Assembly (NCBI GenBank): GCA_029775855.1
Contig: JARVJZ010000001.1
Location: forward strand, 128,001 to 192,000
Length of the DNA stretch: 64,000 nucleotides
Direction of reading: 5' to 3'
Source of the DNA: Nitrososphaeria archaeon
GTDB taxonomy: Archaea > Thermoproteota > Nitrososphaeria > Nitrososphaerales > JAAOZN01
Part shown: positions 8,557 to 18,370 of the stretch, piece by piece
Numbering within the stretch: position 1 is the stretch's first letter
Layout: every line of letters starts with the position of its first letter
Notes under the pieces: model-generated
Told to the model about the DNA's origin: nothing
Seen by the model: only the letters and a program-made list of their open reading frames with translations
Databases searched by the model: none
Translations under genes and position numbers: made by a program

Positions 8557-10167
8557 CTAATGGTTGAGCTGCTTAGCCATATAAGTCCCCTCAAGTCTAT
8601 ATCCTTGTCTTACATAGTATTGGCGAACTCCAACCGCGCTCGTAACTAAAATCTTTCTGCAATCATATACGCCTCTAGCAATGTTTTCAGCTTCGTAGAG
8701 GAGTTTCTTACCGAACCCTCTATGCTGCCAAGCATTTTCTTTCCTAATTCCTAATGGTAGGGCTTCACCATACACGTGGAGTTCTCTCACAAGCGCTGTT
8801 CTATCATTTTTCACTTCTTCCCTATGAGCTTTATTTGACGGTATCCTTAGTCTAAGAAAGCCTAAAAGGGTGTCTGTTAAAGGATGTTCATATGATAGGA
8901 AGATCTCTACTCCTTCAGACGCCTCATATTCTTCTCTTAGCAATTTGATTTCAGAATCGTTTATCCTTATGTTCTTAAGCCCTACTTCCCTGCATCTTAT
9001 GCATCTGCATCTAACCCCCATTCTCCTCATTTCTTGCTGTACGATTTCTCTTAAGTTGCCATTTTTGACACCCGCTACTATCTGGCCTGCCGGTATTTCC
9101 CGCTGTATGCGCATAATTCTAATCCAAGGTGGCACCATCTTTTTCACGGCAGAAAGTAAATCTACAACCTCATTGAGATCATATGGCTTGTACTCACCCT
9201 TTAAGTAGAGTTTATGGATGTAAGTGCCTTCTGTCACGACTGTTGGGTATATTTTAAGCATATCTGGCTTAAACCGAGGGTCCTCAAAGAGCATCTTAAA
9301 GTGCTGAAGGTCTTTTTCTATGTCTGATTTCGGTAAGCCTGGCATCATATGGGCAACTATCTTTAAACCAGAATCTCTAGCTGCTTGGAAGGCTTCAGCT
9401 ACATCTTTGACTGAATGCCCACGGTTAATAAATCTGTAGATTTCATCGTCAAGCGTTTGAACACCTATTTCAACTCTTGTGACTCCATAGCTTAGCATAA
9501 AGTCGATATGCTTCTCCTTACAGTAGTCTGGTCTAGTTTCTACAGTAAAGCCGACGTTTCTTATTTTAGCGTGTTCAGCTTCACTCAACGCTTCTTTAAG
9601 TGTCTGCGAAGGTTTCCCGTTTAACGCATCAAAGCAGCCTTTAACAAATCTAATCTGCTCTTCTTCGGGTAGGGATGTGAATGTTCCTCCTATTATCACA
9701 AGCTCGACTTTATCGACGGTATGTCCTATCTGTTTTAGCTGCTTCAGCCGCGCATTAACCTGTAGATAAGGGTCATATAGGTTCTCTTTAGCTCTTCTCG
9801 ATGAGGGTTCAAATCCAGTGTAGCTTTGTGGTGTTCCCTTACTCACACCCCCAGGGCAGTAGATGCAGACGCCGTGGGGGCAGGGGTGAGGTGCAGCCAT
9901 AACCGCGACAACAGCTATCCCGCTCGCTGTTCTTATTGGTTTGATTTTAAGTCTGCTTAACCCTTTTAGGTCTTCTTGGGGTAGTGTGTTTATTAGTTGT
10001 CTTAATCCTATAAGCTTATTTAATCCGTATCTTTTTGAGATGAGTTTTTGATGTTGGATAAGTTTCTTCGTTGTGAGTTTGGATTCTGACGATATGATTT
10101 GGGCTAACTCTTTGAGCGCTGCTTCATACGCTCTGCTCCTATCCTCTGTTTCAGCTTCGGGTTGCAT
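8557..10167 (-). CDS. elp3: Elp3 tRNA U34 carboxymethyltransferase (radical SAM + GNAT)
   Basis: CPHGVCIYCPGG, ETRPD, LKIYPT, RELHVYG, QHRGFG. Confidence 0.95.
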   Translation of the reverse strand: MQPEAETEDRSRAYEAALKELAQIISSESKLTTKKLIQHQKLISKRYGLNKLIGLRQLINTLPQEDLKGLSRLKIKPIRTASGIAVVAVMAAPHPCPHGVCIYCPGGVSKGTPQSYTGFEPSSRRAKENLYDPYLQVNARLKQLKQIGHTVDKVELVIIGGTFTSLPEEEQIRFVKGCFDALNGKPSQTLKEALSEAEHAKIRNVGFTVETRPDYCKEKHIDFMLSYGVTRVEIGVQTLDDEIYRFINRGHSVKDVAEAFQAARDSGLKIVAHMMPGLPKSDIEKDLQHFKMLFEDPRFKPDMLKIYPTVVTEGTYIHKLYLKGEYKPYDLNEVVDLLSAVKKMVPPWIRIMRIQREIPAGQIVAGVKNGNLREIVQQEMRRMGVRCRCIRCREVGLKNIRINDSEIKLLREEYEASEGVEIFLSYEHPLTDTLLGFLRLRIPSNKAHREEVKNDRTALVRELHVYGEALPLGIRKENAWQHRGFGKKLLYEAENIARGVYDCRKILVTSAVGVRQYYVRQGYRLEGTYMAKQLNH

Positions 10168-10251
10168 CTTAAATCAGACTATTTTGAGCTCTTAAGGGGT
10201 TCGTGTTATTTAAGTTAAGTTTATCGGTATGCGGAACAAAGCCAGTATAGA

Positions 10252-10539
10252 GTGGATTTGAGCGGAGAGATAGAGTTTGAGCTGCTTGAGAGTAAGCCTG
10301 TGGGAAGCGACACCGTTGTCTTTAGGCTGGAGGATGGTGCTATAGTCAAGATCAGAGTAGATATCGATAGGGCTGGTGTTGCGGTTAACTACAAAAACCC
10401 AGACGGCTCTCCCCACTACAACATAACCGTATCAAACAAAATCGTCATAATCCCACCAACTAAGAGATACCGCCTACCTAAAGAACAGATTCAGCCGACT
10501 CAGCAAGCTAAAGACGTTAAGAGCGAGCCATACCGTTAA
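10252..10539 (+). CDS. Conserved-looking small hypothetical protein
   Basis: GTG start; beta-rich pattern FRLEDGAIVKIRV...NPDGSPHY; co-oriented with the downstream gene. Confidence 0.65.
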   Translation: MDLSGEIEFELLESKPVGSDTVVFRLEDGAIVKIRVDIDRAGVAVNYKNPDGSPHYNITVSNKIVIIPPTKRYRLPKEQIQPTQQAKDVKSEPYR

Positions 10540-10553
10540 AAAGGCGGCTGCAA

Positions 10554-10886
10554 ATGGTAGATACTTTAGAAGAGATCTTTAAACTCCAGAAAGAGTATGT
10601 TTCAACTTTTAGCTTTGAGCGCTACCCTAAGAGCCTAGAGGCGCGTATTTCAGCCCTCTGCACAGCTATAATCCACGAAGCAGTAGAACTACAAGACCTA
10701 ACATCTTGGAAGTGGTGGAAGACATCCAAAGGATTCGAAGTAGAAAGAGCAAAAGAGGAGCTCATAGACATCCTCCACTTCCTTGTGCAAGCTTTCATAG
10801 AAATGAATCTCTCACCAAACGATATATTAAACCTATATCGTGCGAAGAATTATGTAAACCGAGAAAGGGCGCAAAGCGGATACTAG
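10554..10886 (+). CDS. All-alpha NTP pyrophosphatase (dimeric dUTPase/MazG superfamily)
   Basis: HEAVEL, WKWWK, EELIDILHF, KNYVNRERAQSGY. Confidence 0.85.
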   Translation: MVDTLEEIFKLQKEYVSTFSFERYPKSLEARISALCTAIIHEAVELQDLTSWKWWKTSKGFEVERAKEELIDILHFLVQAFIEMNLSPNDILNLYRAKNYVNRERAQSGY

Positions 10887-10972
10887 GGTGTAACCAAGCG
10901 TTAATTAACCAAGGTAACAACAACTCAAGTGACAAGCAAACTGATAACACAGACCTGCTCTCCTTTATACAT

Positions 10973-11194
10973 ATGCCCTTCGAAATCGTCTGCGGTAACT
11001 GTGGAGAAACGCTATACTGGGGAATGGAGCTACTTTCTCCGAGAGAAGTCTTAAAGATGAAGCGAGGCATATGCTACAGATGCGGCGCTAAACTTTCAAC
11101 CGACTACACTTTCGAAATCTTAAGATGTGAAGCATATACCCCCTCTATAAAAAGAATAAGTGTCAAGCATCGAGAAATAGATGAATCTGAATAG
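10973..11194 (+). CDS. Small zinc-ribbon protein (start corrected from 10706)
   Basis: MPFEIVCGNCGETLY...CYRCGAKL; the ORF-track extension overlaps the dUTPase. Confidence 0.7.
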   Translation: MPFEIVCGNCGETLYWGMELLSPREVLKMKRGICYRCGAKLSTDYTFEILRCEAYTPSIKRISVKHREIDESE

Positions 11195-11230
11195 ATAGCC
11201 TTAAGAAAGCAGTCTTAACCAACTCTTGCG

Positions 11231-12694
11231 TTGATGAACTACGAGCAGATCATAAGGCTGATGCTTGAGCGAGGCTTCCTACTGCCTAGCTCAGAAATCT
11301 ATGCTGATGCTTTAGCTGGCTTCTGGGACTATGGACCTTTAGGTGTAGCCCTCAAGAACAAGTATGTTGAGCTCTGGAGAAGATACTTAGTTAGAAGAGA
11401 TAACATGGTTGAAATAGATGGATGCCAAATTATGCCCAAGAGCGTATTCGTAGCATCGGGACACCTAGCTGGCTTCGAAGACCCTATCGTGAGTTGCACA
11501 AAATGCAACTTGACTCTTAGAGCAGATAGGCTTATACAGGAGAAGACTGGGAAGATCATACCAGAAAGGCTCCCTAATCAAGAGCTTGACAACCTCATAT
11601 CTTCTAACGATATTCGATGCCCTAACTGCGGGGGAAACTTTGGAAATGTGCGTAGATTTAACATGATGTTTAAGGTTAATGTAGGTCCTTCAGGTGAAGA
11701 AGCATATCTTAGACCTGAAACATGCCAGAGCATCTTCGTCGACTTCCCAAGGCTCTTTAAGGTCATGCGTTGTAAGCTACCTGTAGCATTTGCACAATAT
11801 GGTAAAAGTTTCCGTAACGAGATATCACCGAGACAGAGCCTAATGAGGCTAAGAGAGTTTTATCAAGCTGAGATAGAAGTCTTCTTTAATCCAGATAAGG
11901 CTAATGAATTCGAAAAGTTCGATGCAGTAAAGTCTGAGGTTTTAAGACTTGCGTTAGACGGGGAGAAGCTAGAAGAAATTACTGCTGCAGAGGCTCTCGA
12001 AAAAGGTTATCTACCTAACAAGCTAATCGCCTACTACTTAGTCATCCTTAAACAGTTCTATCAATATGCAGGTTTAGATGTTAAAAGAAGCCGCTTTAGG
12101 AAGCTGGGAGATGATGAGAAAGCTTTCTACGCCAGTTCAGCCTTCGACTTTGAGGTAGAAACCAGCTTAGGCTGGATCGAGTTGGTTGCCTGCAACCATA
12201 GGGGCGACTATGACCTCTCTGGGCACTCTAAGGTTAGTAAGAAAGACATGACGGTGTTAGATGGCGATAGAGATGTTTTGCCAAATGTCTTCGAGCTTTC
12301 GATGGGTGTTGACCGAAGTATCTACGCTATAATTGAGCACTCACTTGTAGTTGATGGGGAAAGAACAGTTTTACGCTTTAAACCCTATCTTGCACCCATT
12401 CAAGTAGGCGTCTTCCCCCTTGTAACTAGAGACGGTCTTCCAGAAGCGGCAAAGCAGATCTATTCAAAGATTAAATTGAATTTTGAAGCGTTTTACGATG
12501 AATCAGGAAGCATAGGGCGGAGATATAGGAGAATGGATGAAATAGGCACTCCTTTTTGCATCACTGTAGATTATCAAACCCTTGAAGATAACACAGTGAC
12601 CATTAGAGACCGAGACACAATGAAGCAAGATAGGGTGAAAATAAGTGAATTAGAGCAAGCGCTGCAGCGTAGACTTTTCACCTACTCGCCTTAA
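11231..12694 (+). CDS. glyS: Glycine--tRNA ligase (dimeric type)
   Basis: WDYGPLG, YLRPETCQ, FRNEISPR, SIGRRYRRMDEIGTP. Confidence 0.96.
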   Translation: MMNYEQIIRLMLERGFLLPSSEIYADALAGFWDYGPLGVALKNKYVELWRRYLVRRDNMVEIDGCQIMPKSVFVASGHLAGFEDPIVSCTKCNLTLRADRLIQEKTGKIIPERLPNQELDNLISSNDIRCPNCGGNFGNVRRFNMMFKVNVGPSGEEAYLRPETCQSIFVDFPRLFKVMRCKLPVAFAQYGKSFRNEISPRQSLMRLREFYQAEIEVFFNPDKANEFEKFDAVKSEVLRLALDGEKLEEITAAEALEKGYLPNKLIAYYLVILKQFYQYAGLDVKRSRFRKLGDDEKAFYASSAFDFEVETSLGWIELVACNHRGDYDLSGHSKVSKKDMTVLDGDRDVLPNVFELSMGVDRSIYAIIEHSLVVDGERTVLRFKPYLAPIQVGVFPLVTRDGLPEAAKQIYSKIKLNFEAFYDESGSIGRRYRRMDEIGTPFCITVDYQTLEDNTVTIRDRDTMKQDRVKISELEQALQRRLFTYSP

Positions 12695-13506
12695 GACAGC
12701 AACAGAAACACAGCCATACCTATAAATGCGCCTATAAATGTCGAAGTAAGGTTTACAAGATTATTATCTAACCTATGTATACCCGATACGAAGAGCCCTT
12801 TAGAGCCATGATGCATAGGCTGCTCAACAACCTTGCCGCAGACTACACATCGATACTTTTCCTGCAGAAGTGCACCTAATAAGCTGTCAGCTATCGAACC
12901 TAACACCCCACCAACTGCTGCCACAACAATAACTTTAAACACAGCGCCGTCAAAGAAACCCAACACAGCAGCAGCCAAACCGATAATCAAAGCACCAACT
13001 ACAGCCATGAATGTTCCCAAAGGTGTAACACCGCCCGATGTTCCGGGTTCAACTTGAAGGCGAAGATTTGTTATAAGCCGTGGCTTCACTCTGCTTAACA
13101 ATCCAACCTCTGTTGCAAGAGTATCTGAAGCAGCTGTCGCTACTACACCAAGGAAAGCTGCGGCAAAGATATCTCCACCAACTGCGTATTCTGCTGCAGC
13201 AAAAAGCGCCGCCGCTCCACCATTCGATGCAGCGTTGAGCCAGCTTCTTGCGCCTCCTTTAGCTTCTGCTGCGCCTATACCGCGCTTATAGTTGTATTTA
13301 AAATGCGTAAAGAATGAAGCAGCGGTGAAGAAGATTATGATAAGAATCAGCCAGCTCCAGCTGCCTGAGCCGACTAGAATCACCATACCTATGAGTATAG
13401 ATGCAAGAGCGCCACTTCGGCTAAGTGCTTTTAGTTTGAATGCTAAGTAGGCGAGAAGTGATATAAGCACAAAGCCAACTATTATGTCATATAGAGGCAG
13501 CGGCAT
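12691..13506 (-). CDS. DUF92/TMEM19 membrane protein with C-terminal Zn-ribbon insert
   Basis: DTLATEVG, PGTSGGVT, DSLLGALLQ, CVVCG, DNNLVN. Confidence 0.9.
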   Translation of the reverse strand: MPLPLYDIIVGFVLISLLAYLAFKLKALSRSGALASILIGMVILVGSGSWSWLILIIIFFTAASFFTHFKYNYKRGIGAAEAKGGARSWLNAASNGGAAALFAAAEYAVGGDIFAAAFLGVVATAASDTLATEVGLLSRVKPRLITNLRLQVEPGTSGGVTPLGTFMAVVGALIIGLAAAVLGFFDGAVFKVIVVAAVGGVLGSIADSLLGALLQEKYRCVVCGKVVEQPMHHGSKGLFVSGIHRLDNNLVNLTSTFIGAFIGMAVFLLLS

Positions 13507-13623
13507 AAGGCCCCAAATATAGCGCTTAGGGTCTTATTCAAAAACCTTTCCCTATATAAATTGTTAGGTGCAGCGTATCGCTAACTTTTTCTATAACCCT
13601 CAAGTATATAAACTCTATATATC

Positions 13624-14175
13624 TTGAGTGGGCTAAAATCCTCTAAGGAAGTATTTATCAGGAAGGTTGAGCTAAAAGATGGTTCTGAAGTAAAAATCAG
13701 GTATGTAGATTTGGATGACGCTCTTGGGCTACATGAAATGTATAACTCCTTGTCACAAGATACAATTTATAACCGCTTTTTCATATTTAGAGATCAGCTT
13801 AGCCTCGAAGAAGCAAAAAAGATGGTGGCAATAAGCAAAAAAGATGAAATAGCTTTGGTAGGAGTGCTTAATAGCGAAGCAGGCACACAGATAATAGCCG
13901 ATGCACGCATCTACATAGAAGGCAGCACAGGAGAGATAGGTATCGTAGTCCATGACCGTTGGCAAAACAAAGGTTTAGGCACAGCGTTGGTAAGTGAGTT
14001 GATACGCGAAGGAGAGAAGATGGGTTTAAAGAAGCTCAAGATCTACTGCCTCCCGGATAATAGAATTATGATACATGTGGGTGAAAAGCTTGGTTTCAAA
14101 TATAGCATGTCTGAGTTAGGTGTTGTCCGAATGATTCTCGAGCTACCTATTAGCCAAAATCAACAAAACAAGTAG
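13624..14175 (+). CDS. GNAT N-acetyltransferase (Pat-like stand-alone domain)
   Basis: LSQDTIYNRFF, EIGIVVHDRWQNKGLG, PDNRIM...KLGF. Confidence 0.85.
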   Translation: MSGLKSSKEVFIRKVELKDGSEVKIRYVDLDDALGLHEMYNSLSQDTIYNRFFIFRDQLSLEEAKKMVAISKKDEIALVGVLNSEAGTQIIADARIYIEGSTGEIGIVVHDRWQNKGLGTALVSELIREGEKMGLKKLKIYCLPDNRIMIHVGEKLGFKYSMSELGVVRMILELPISQNQQNK

Positions 14176-14186
14176 AGGGAACACTA

Positions 14187-14831
14187 CTAATCTATCTTCT
14201 TAACATCTCTCTGATAAGCAATATAGGAGTAAACTACTGTGTAGATGGATACAGCTAAGATTGGCGCGAGAATAAAAAGATACGCATATTCAGGTAAGAG
14301 CACGCCCACTAATGAGAGGAGACCAACAGCAATAAAGAGGCGACCACCAATTCTATGAGTCTTATCCCATACTACATCGCTGCTTAGAGTCCACGGCGTT
14401 CGAATACCAATAAACCAATTCCTCTTAGCCTTACCCAGCAGCACCCCAATGTATATGAATAATGCACCTATGCCTAAAGGAATAATAACATTAGGGCTAA
14501 CTTTAAAACCAAGCCCCCAAAGGATAACTTGAGTCTGCACAACCAGCATAAACAGCAGCATAACCAAGATAAACCCATAGTAGTAGCTTATGAACCGCAT
14601 AATATTATCCTTCAACGGGTCAATTCGAGGTATTGCTACGAAGAGCAGATAGAGCCCAACCATAATCAAAGGAATTAAAAAAGCCCCCCAAAACTTAGGC
14701 AAGTATCCGTCAACCTCTCCAGCCGCATTCCAGTGTGATGGCATCAACTCAGGCATATAGGGGTAAGTAAAGATGGAGATTAGAAAAGATGCAACAAGCA
14801 GACCAATACTCATAGCTACAACAATCTTCAT
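14187..14831 (-). CDS. SdpI/DUF1648 membrane protein
   Basis: PSHWNAAGEVDG, NWFIGIRTPWTL, WDKTHR. Confidence 0.9.
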   Translation of the reverse strand: MKIVVAMSIGLLVASFLISIFTYPYMPELMPSHWNAAGEVDGYLPKFWGAFLIPLIMVGLYLLFVAIPRIDPLKDNIMRFISYYYGFILVMLLFMLVVQTQVILWGLGFKVSPNVIIPLGIGALFIYIGVLLGKAKRNWFIGIRTPWTLSSDVVWDKTHRIGGRLFIAVGLLSLVGVLLPEYAYLFILAPILAVSIYTVVYSYIAYQRDVKKID

Positions 14832-14882
14832 TCCATCCCCCTAAGGAATACAATAAATATATGTCCTTCGCTCTATCTCATT

Positions 14883-16208
14883 ATGGTTAAAGATCTTAGG
14901 AGCTTCATCAACCTACTTGAGGAGAAAGGTCTTCTTATAAGGGTCAAGAAGGCTGTTAACAGAAGGTTTGAGTTAGCAGCACTCATAGTTAAAGCTCAGA
15001 AAATAGGTAAAGCAATACTCTTTGAAAACGTCCTAGGCTCTAATATACCAGTAGTAAGCAACATCGTAGGCTCAAGACGAATGCTTGCTCTAGCTTTGGA
15101 TACAGATGAAGAGCAGCTGCTTGAAGAATATACAAAACGAAGTTCTCATCTAATCGAACCACAGATAGTGGACCAAGGTGCGGTGCAAGAAGTAGTAAGG
15201 GTGGGTGAAGACGCTACAACAGAGATGCTGCCAATAGTCACACATAGCGAACTCGACGCTGGTCCATACATAACTGCTGGAATAGCTGTAGCAAAAGACC
15301 CAGAAACTGGCTATAGGAACGCTTCCTTCAATAGAATGCAGCTCAAAGGAACACAGAAGTTGGGGATAAGGATGATGCCTCCTCAACACCTAGGCATCAT
15401 ACACAGTAAAGCAGAATCCAAAGGTAAGAATCTTGAGGTAGCCGTAGTGATAGGTAATCACCCAGCAGAAATGGTAGCTGGCTCAACAACTCTACCATAT
15501 AACGTGGACCACTTTACTTTAGCCAGCGCATTAAGAAGAGAACCTCTAAAGCTGGTTAGATGCAAGACTATAGACCTTGAAGTACCAGCTGATGCTGAGA
15601 TCGTATTAGAAGGCGAAGTCCTAGCTAACATAAGAGAAGAAGAAGGACCATACGGAGACTTCATGCAGCTCTATGTGCCGATAGCGCATAACCACATATT
15701 TAGGCTGAAGGCTATAACGCATAGACGCAACCCCATATATCAAACAATACTTGCCGGGACAGTTGAAGATACTACCTTATTAGCTCTTTCGAGAGAATCC
15801 CTAATCTACAAAGCTGTGAAGAGCAGCGGTTCAGAGGTCAAAGCAGTGAGCCTAACACCAAACCTATTTAACTGCGCAATCTCAATAAAAAAGAAGTTCG
15901 AAGGCGAACCAAAGAACGTGGCGATGGCCGCCTTTGGCGCATACTACTGGCTAAAATACTGCATCGTAGTGGATGAAGATGTAAATGTATATGACCTAAG
16001 TGATGTATGGTGGGCGATAGCCACCAGAAGTAAACCAGACACAGGTCTCTTCGTTATACCATATGCGCGTGGCTTCCCAAGAGACCCATATCACTTACAC
16101 CAAACGAAGGTCGGGATAGACGCCACAGCTCCAATAGATGCAAAAGAAGAACGTATTAGAAGACGTATACCAAACGTAGAATTAACAACGCTGGAGGACT
16201 ACATATAA
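14883..16208 (+). CDS. UbiD-family (de)carboxylase
   Basis: DLRSFI, DAGPYIT, NRMQ, EIVLEG, EGPYGDF, VVDEDV, IDAT. Confidence 0.92.
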   Translation: MVKDLRSFINLLEEKGLLIRVKKAVNRRFELAALIVKAQKIGKAILFENVLGSNIPVVSNIVGSRRMLALALDTDEEQLLEEYTKRSSHLIEPQIVDQGAVQEVVRVGEDATTEMLPIVTHSELDAGPYITAGIAVAKDPETGYRNASFNRMQLKGTQKLGIRMMPPQHLGIIHSKAESKGKNLEVAVVIGNHPAEMVAGSTTLPYNVDHFTLASALRREPLKLVRCKTIDLEVPADAEIVLEGEVLANIREEEGPYGDFMQLYVPIAHNHIFRLKAITHRRNPIYQTILAGTVEDTTLLALSRESLIYKAVKSSGSEVKAVSLTPNLFNCAISIKKKFEGEPKNVAMAAFGAYYWLKYCIVVDEDVNVYDLSDVWWAIATRSKPDTGLFVIPYARGFPRDPYHLHQTKVGIDATAPIDAKEERIRRRIPNVELTTLEDYI

Positions 16209-16240
16209 CTTTATCAGCCCAATCAGCCTAAATTACGCGC

Positions 16241-16630
16241 ATGAGCAAAAGAATAATCAGTCCAAAAAAAGTTTGGGATTCAAAACCCTATGCTTTCTCA
16301 CAAGGCGTATCCTGTGGCGGCAAAAGAATTATCTTCATAGCAGGACAAGTAGGAATTGACCCAACTGGAAAGATCGTAAGCGAAAGCATAGAAAAGCAAA
16401 CAGAACAAGCCTTTGAAAACATGCAACAAATACTTAGATCAGCAAAGGCTTCTATGGAAAATATAGCAAAACTAACCGTTTACCTCACCGACATAAAAGA
16501 TCTACAGCGCTACTCAGAGGTTATGAAAAGATACTTTAAGAAAGGCTTACCCGCGCAGACCGCTGTAGAGGTAAGCAGATTAGCTCTACCAGAGTTAAAG
16601 ATTGAAGTTGAAGCTATCGCCGTTGTGTGA
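16241..16630 (+). CDS. Rid (YjgF/UK114) family protein
   Basis: FSQG, IAGQVG, PAQTAVEV, IEVEAIA. Confidence 0.9.
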   Translation: MSKRIISPKKVWDSKPYAFSQGVSCGGKRIIFIAGQVGIDPTGKIVSESIEKQTEQAFENMQQILRSAKASMENIAKLTVYLTDIKDLQRYSEVMKRYFKKGLPAQTAVEVSRLALPELKIEVEAIAVV

Positions 16631-16674
16631 AGAAATGGCTTTTAAGAAGTTTGGATAAAAATAATGTGATAGAT

Positions 16675-17169
16675 ATGATTACAGATGAAATGGTTGAGGA
16701 ACTGAACAAGCAGCTGAACTCAGAACTATATTCCTACTACCTTTACTTGGCTATGGCAGCATACTTCGATTCGATAAACCTAAAAGGATTCGCCAACTGG
16801 ATGAAAGTCCAAGCTAAGGAGGAAGAGACACACGCGCTTAAATTCTATGAACACATAGTCGAAAGAGGAGGGCGAGTAAAACTATACCAGATAAACCAAC
16901 CTCCATCAGAGTGGAAGACACCCTTGGATGTATTTGAAGCAGCATACTCGCATGAAACCGAAGTTACAAGAAGAATATATTCCATCTTAGAACTAGCGCA
17001 GCAGAAAAGAGACCACGCAACCGTAAACATGCTACAATGGTTTATCTCGGAACAAGTAGAGGAAGAAGCATCAGTTAGCAGCATCGTCCAGAAACTCAGA
17101 TTAATAGGTGAACACATAGGCGGACTACTAATCATGGACAAGGAGCTAGGCGAACGCAAACCATCCTAA
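16675..17169 (+). CDS. Non-heme ferritin (start corrected to ATG 16675)
   Basis: LNKQLNSELYSYYLY, EEETH, HETEVT, EQVEEE ferroxidase residues. Confidence 0.93.
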   Translation: MITDEMVEELNKQLNSELYSYYLYLAMAAYFDSINLKGFANWMKVQAKEEETHALKFYEHIVERGGRVKLYQINQPPSEWKTPLDVFEAAYSHETEVTRRIYSILELAQQKRDHATVNMLQWFISEQVEEEASVSSIVQKLRLIGEHIGGLLIMDKELGERKPS

Positions 17170-17181
17170 CATTCGAGTAAA

Positions 17182-18336
17182 ATGTCCAGAAAGCTAAGTA
17201 GAGAAGAGATAGAAGCCCTAATATTAGGTGCTTCGATCTACTCAACAGGAGGCGGAGGCTCAGTACAAGATGGAATGAACATCTTAGAGCAGATAAGTAA
17301 TGAAGGTCTTCAAGCAACGCTCATCTCCCTACAAGAACTAAAAGATGACGCACTTGTATTCAATCCAGCTGAAGTAGGAGGAGGTGTAAGAAAAGAGTTA
17401 GAAAAGAGGTTTGAGCAAAGATACGGCACAAAGATACCTCTAAAATGGGAACGATGGCCGGTAGAAAAATGGATACCTCAAGCAGTAAAAGAACTTCAGA
17501 AGCATTTAGGTAGAAGGCCAGATGCCTACATTGCTACTGAGCTAGGACCTGGCGCGCTTTTGAGACCACTCTATCAAGCTGCGAAAGAAGACTTGCCTGT
17601 AGTAGATGGTGACCCTGTCGGGCGCTCAGTACCAGAAATGACTATGAGTCTATTTAATTTAAATGGTTTCCACCCTGCTCTCTCAGTAGCTACTTCACAT
17701 TTTGGTGATGTTATTGTCATAAAGCGCGCTTCTGACTATAAGAGGTTAGAAGATATACTGCGTTCCTTTGCCGAATACTCAGGAGGAGGCGTAGGCTTCG
17801 CAGAAGCTCTTCAAGGTCGAGAGGTGAAAAAAGCTTTACTACCAGAAAGCTACACCAGATGCATAAAGCTGGGTTTGGCAATAAAGGAAGCCACACGTAA
17901 TAATAAAGACTTGATCAAAACGATCCTTGACATAACAGGAGGCTACCTACTTTTCAGAGGCAGGCTTCTAAAGTTAGATCTGAAACCAGCCTTTGGTCAT
18001 CTTATTGGTGCCGCTTATATGGAAGGCATAGAAGAATATAGAGGAAAGAAGTTTAAACTTTGGTTCAAAAATGAAAACCACGCCGCTTGGAGAAATGGAA
18101 GAATATGCGCATTATCCCCAGATATTATAACTGTCTTAGATGAAGAAACGGGAACAGGTATATACAACTTCGACTGGGTTAAAATAAGCAAAGAACGAAA
18201 GCTTGCAGCTATAGGTATACCAGCACCAGAAGTATGGAGAACGAAAGAAGGACTGAAGATCCTAGGACCGAGAGCAGTAGGTGTAGATGCTGACTACAAA
18301 CCTATTGAATCTCTAGAACTTGAACAAAAAGGTTAA
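17182..18336 (+). CDS. DUF917 family protein
   Basis: GASIYSTGGGG, TELG, VVDGDPVGRSVPEM, FKNEN, PDII. Confidence 0.85.
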   Translation: MSRKLSREEIEALILGASIYSTGGGGSVQDGMNILEQISNEGLQATLISLQELKDDALVFNPAEVGGGVRKELEKRFEQRYGTKIPLKWERWPVEKWIPQAVKELQKHLGRRPDAYIATELGPGALLRPLYQAAKEDLPVVDGDPVGRSVPEMTMSLFNLNGFHPALSVATSHFGDVIVIKRASDYKRLEDILRSFAEYSGGGVGFAEALQGREVKKALLPESYTRCIKLGLAIKEATRNNKDLIKTILDITGGYLLFRGRLLKLDLKPAFGHLIGAAYMEGIEEYRGKKFKLWFKNENHAAWRNGRICALSPDIITVLDEETGTGIYNFDWVKISKERKLAAIGIPAPEVWRTKEGLKILGPRAVGVDADYKPIESLELEQKG

Positions 18337-18370
18337 GTACTGCACATAAAACTATAAATCTTGAGCCAAA

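Noticed and set aside
10899-10910. TTAATTAA-type palindromes (also near 21440 and 29136) as a shared operator
   Set aside because: Short and AT-only, expected by chance in AT-rich intergenic DNA
10706-10972. N-terminal extension of the 162-aa ORF
   Set aside because: Overlaps the dUTPase in another frame; the Zn-ribbon domain starts at ATG 10973
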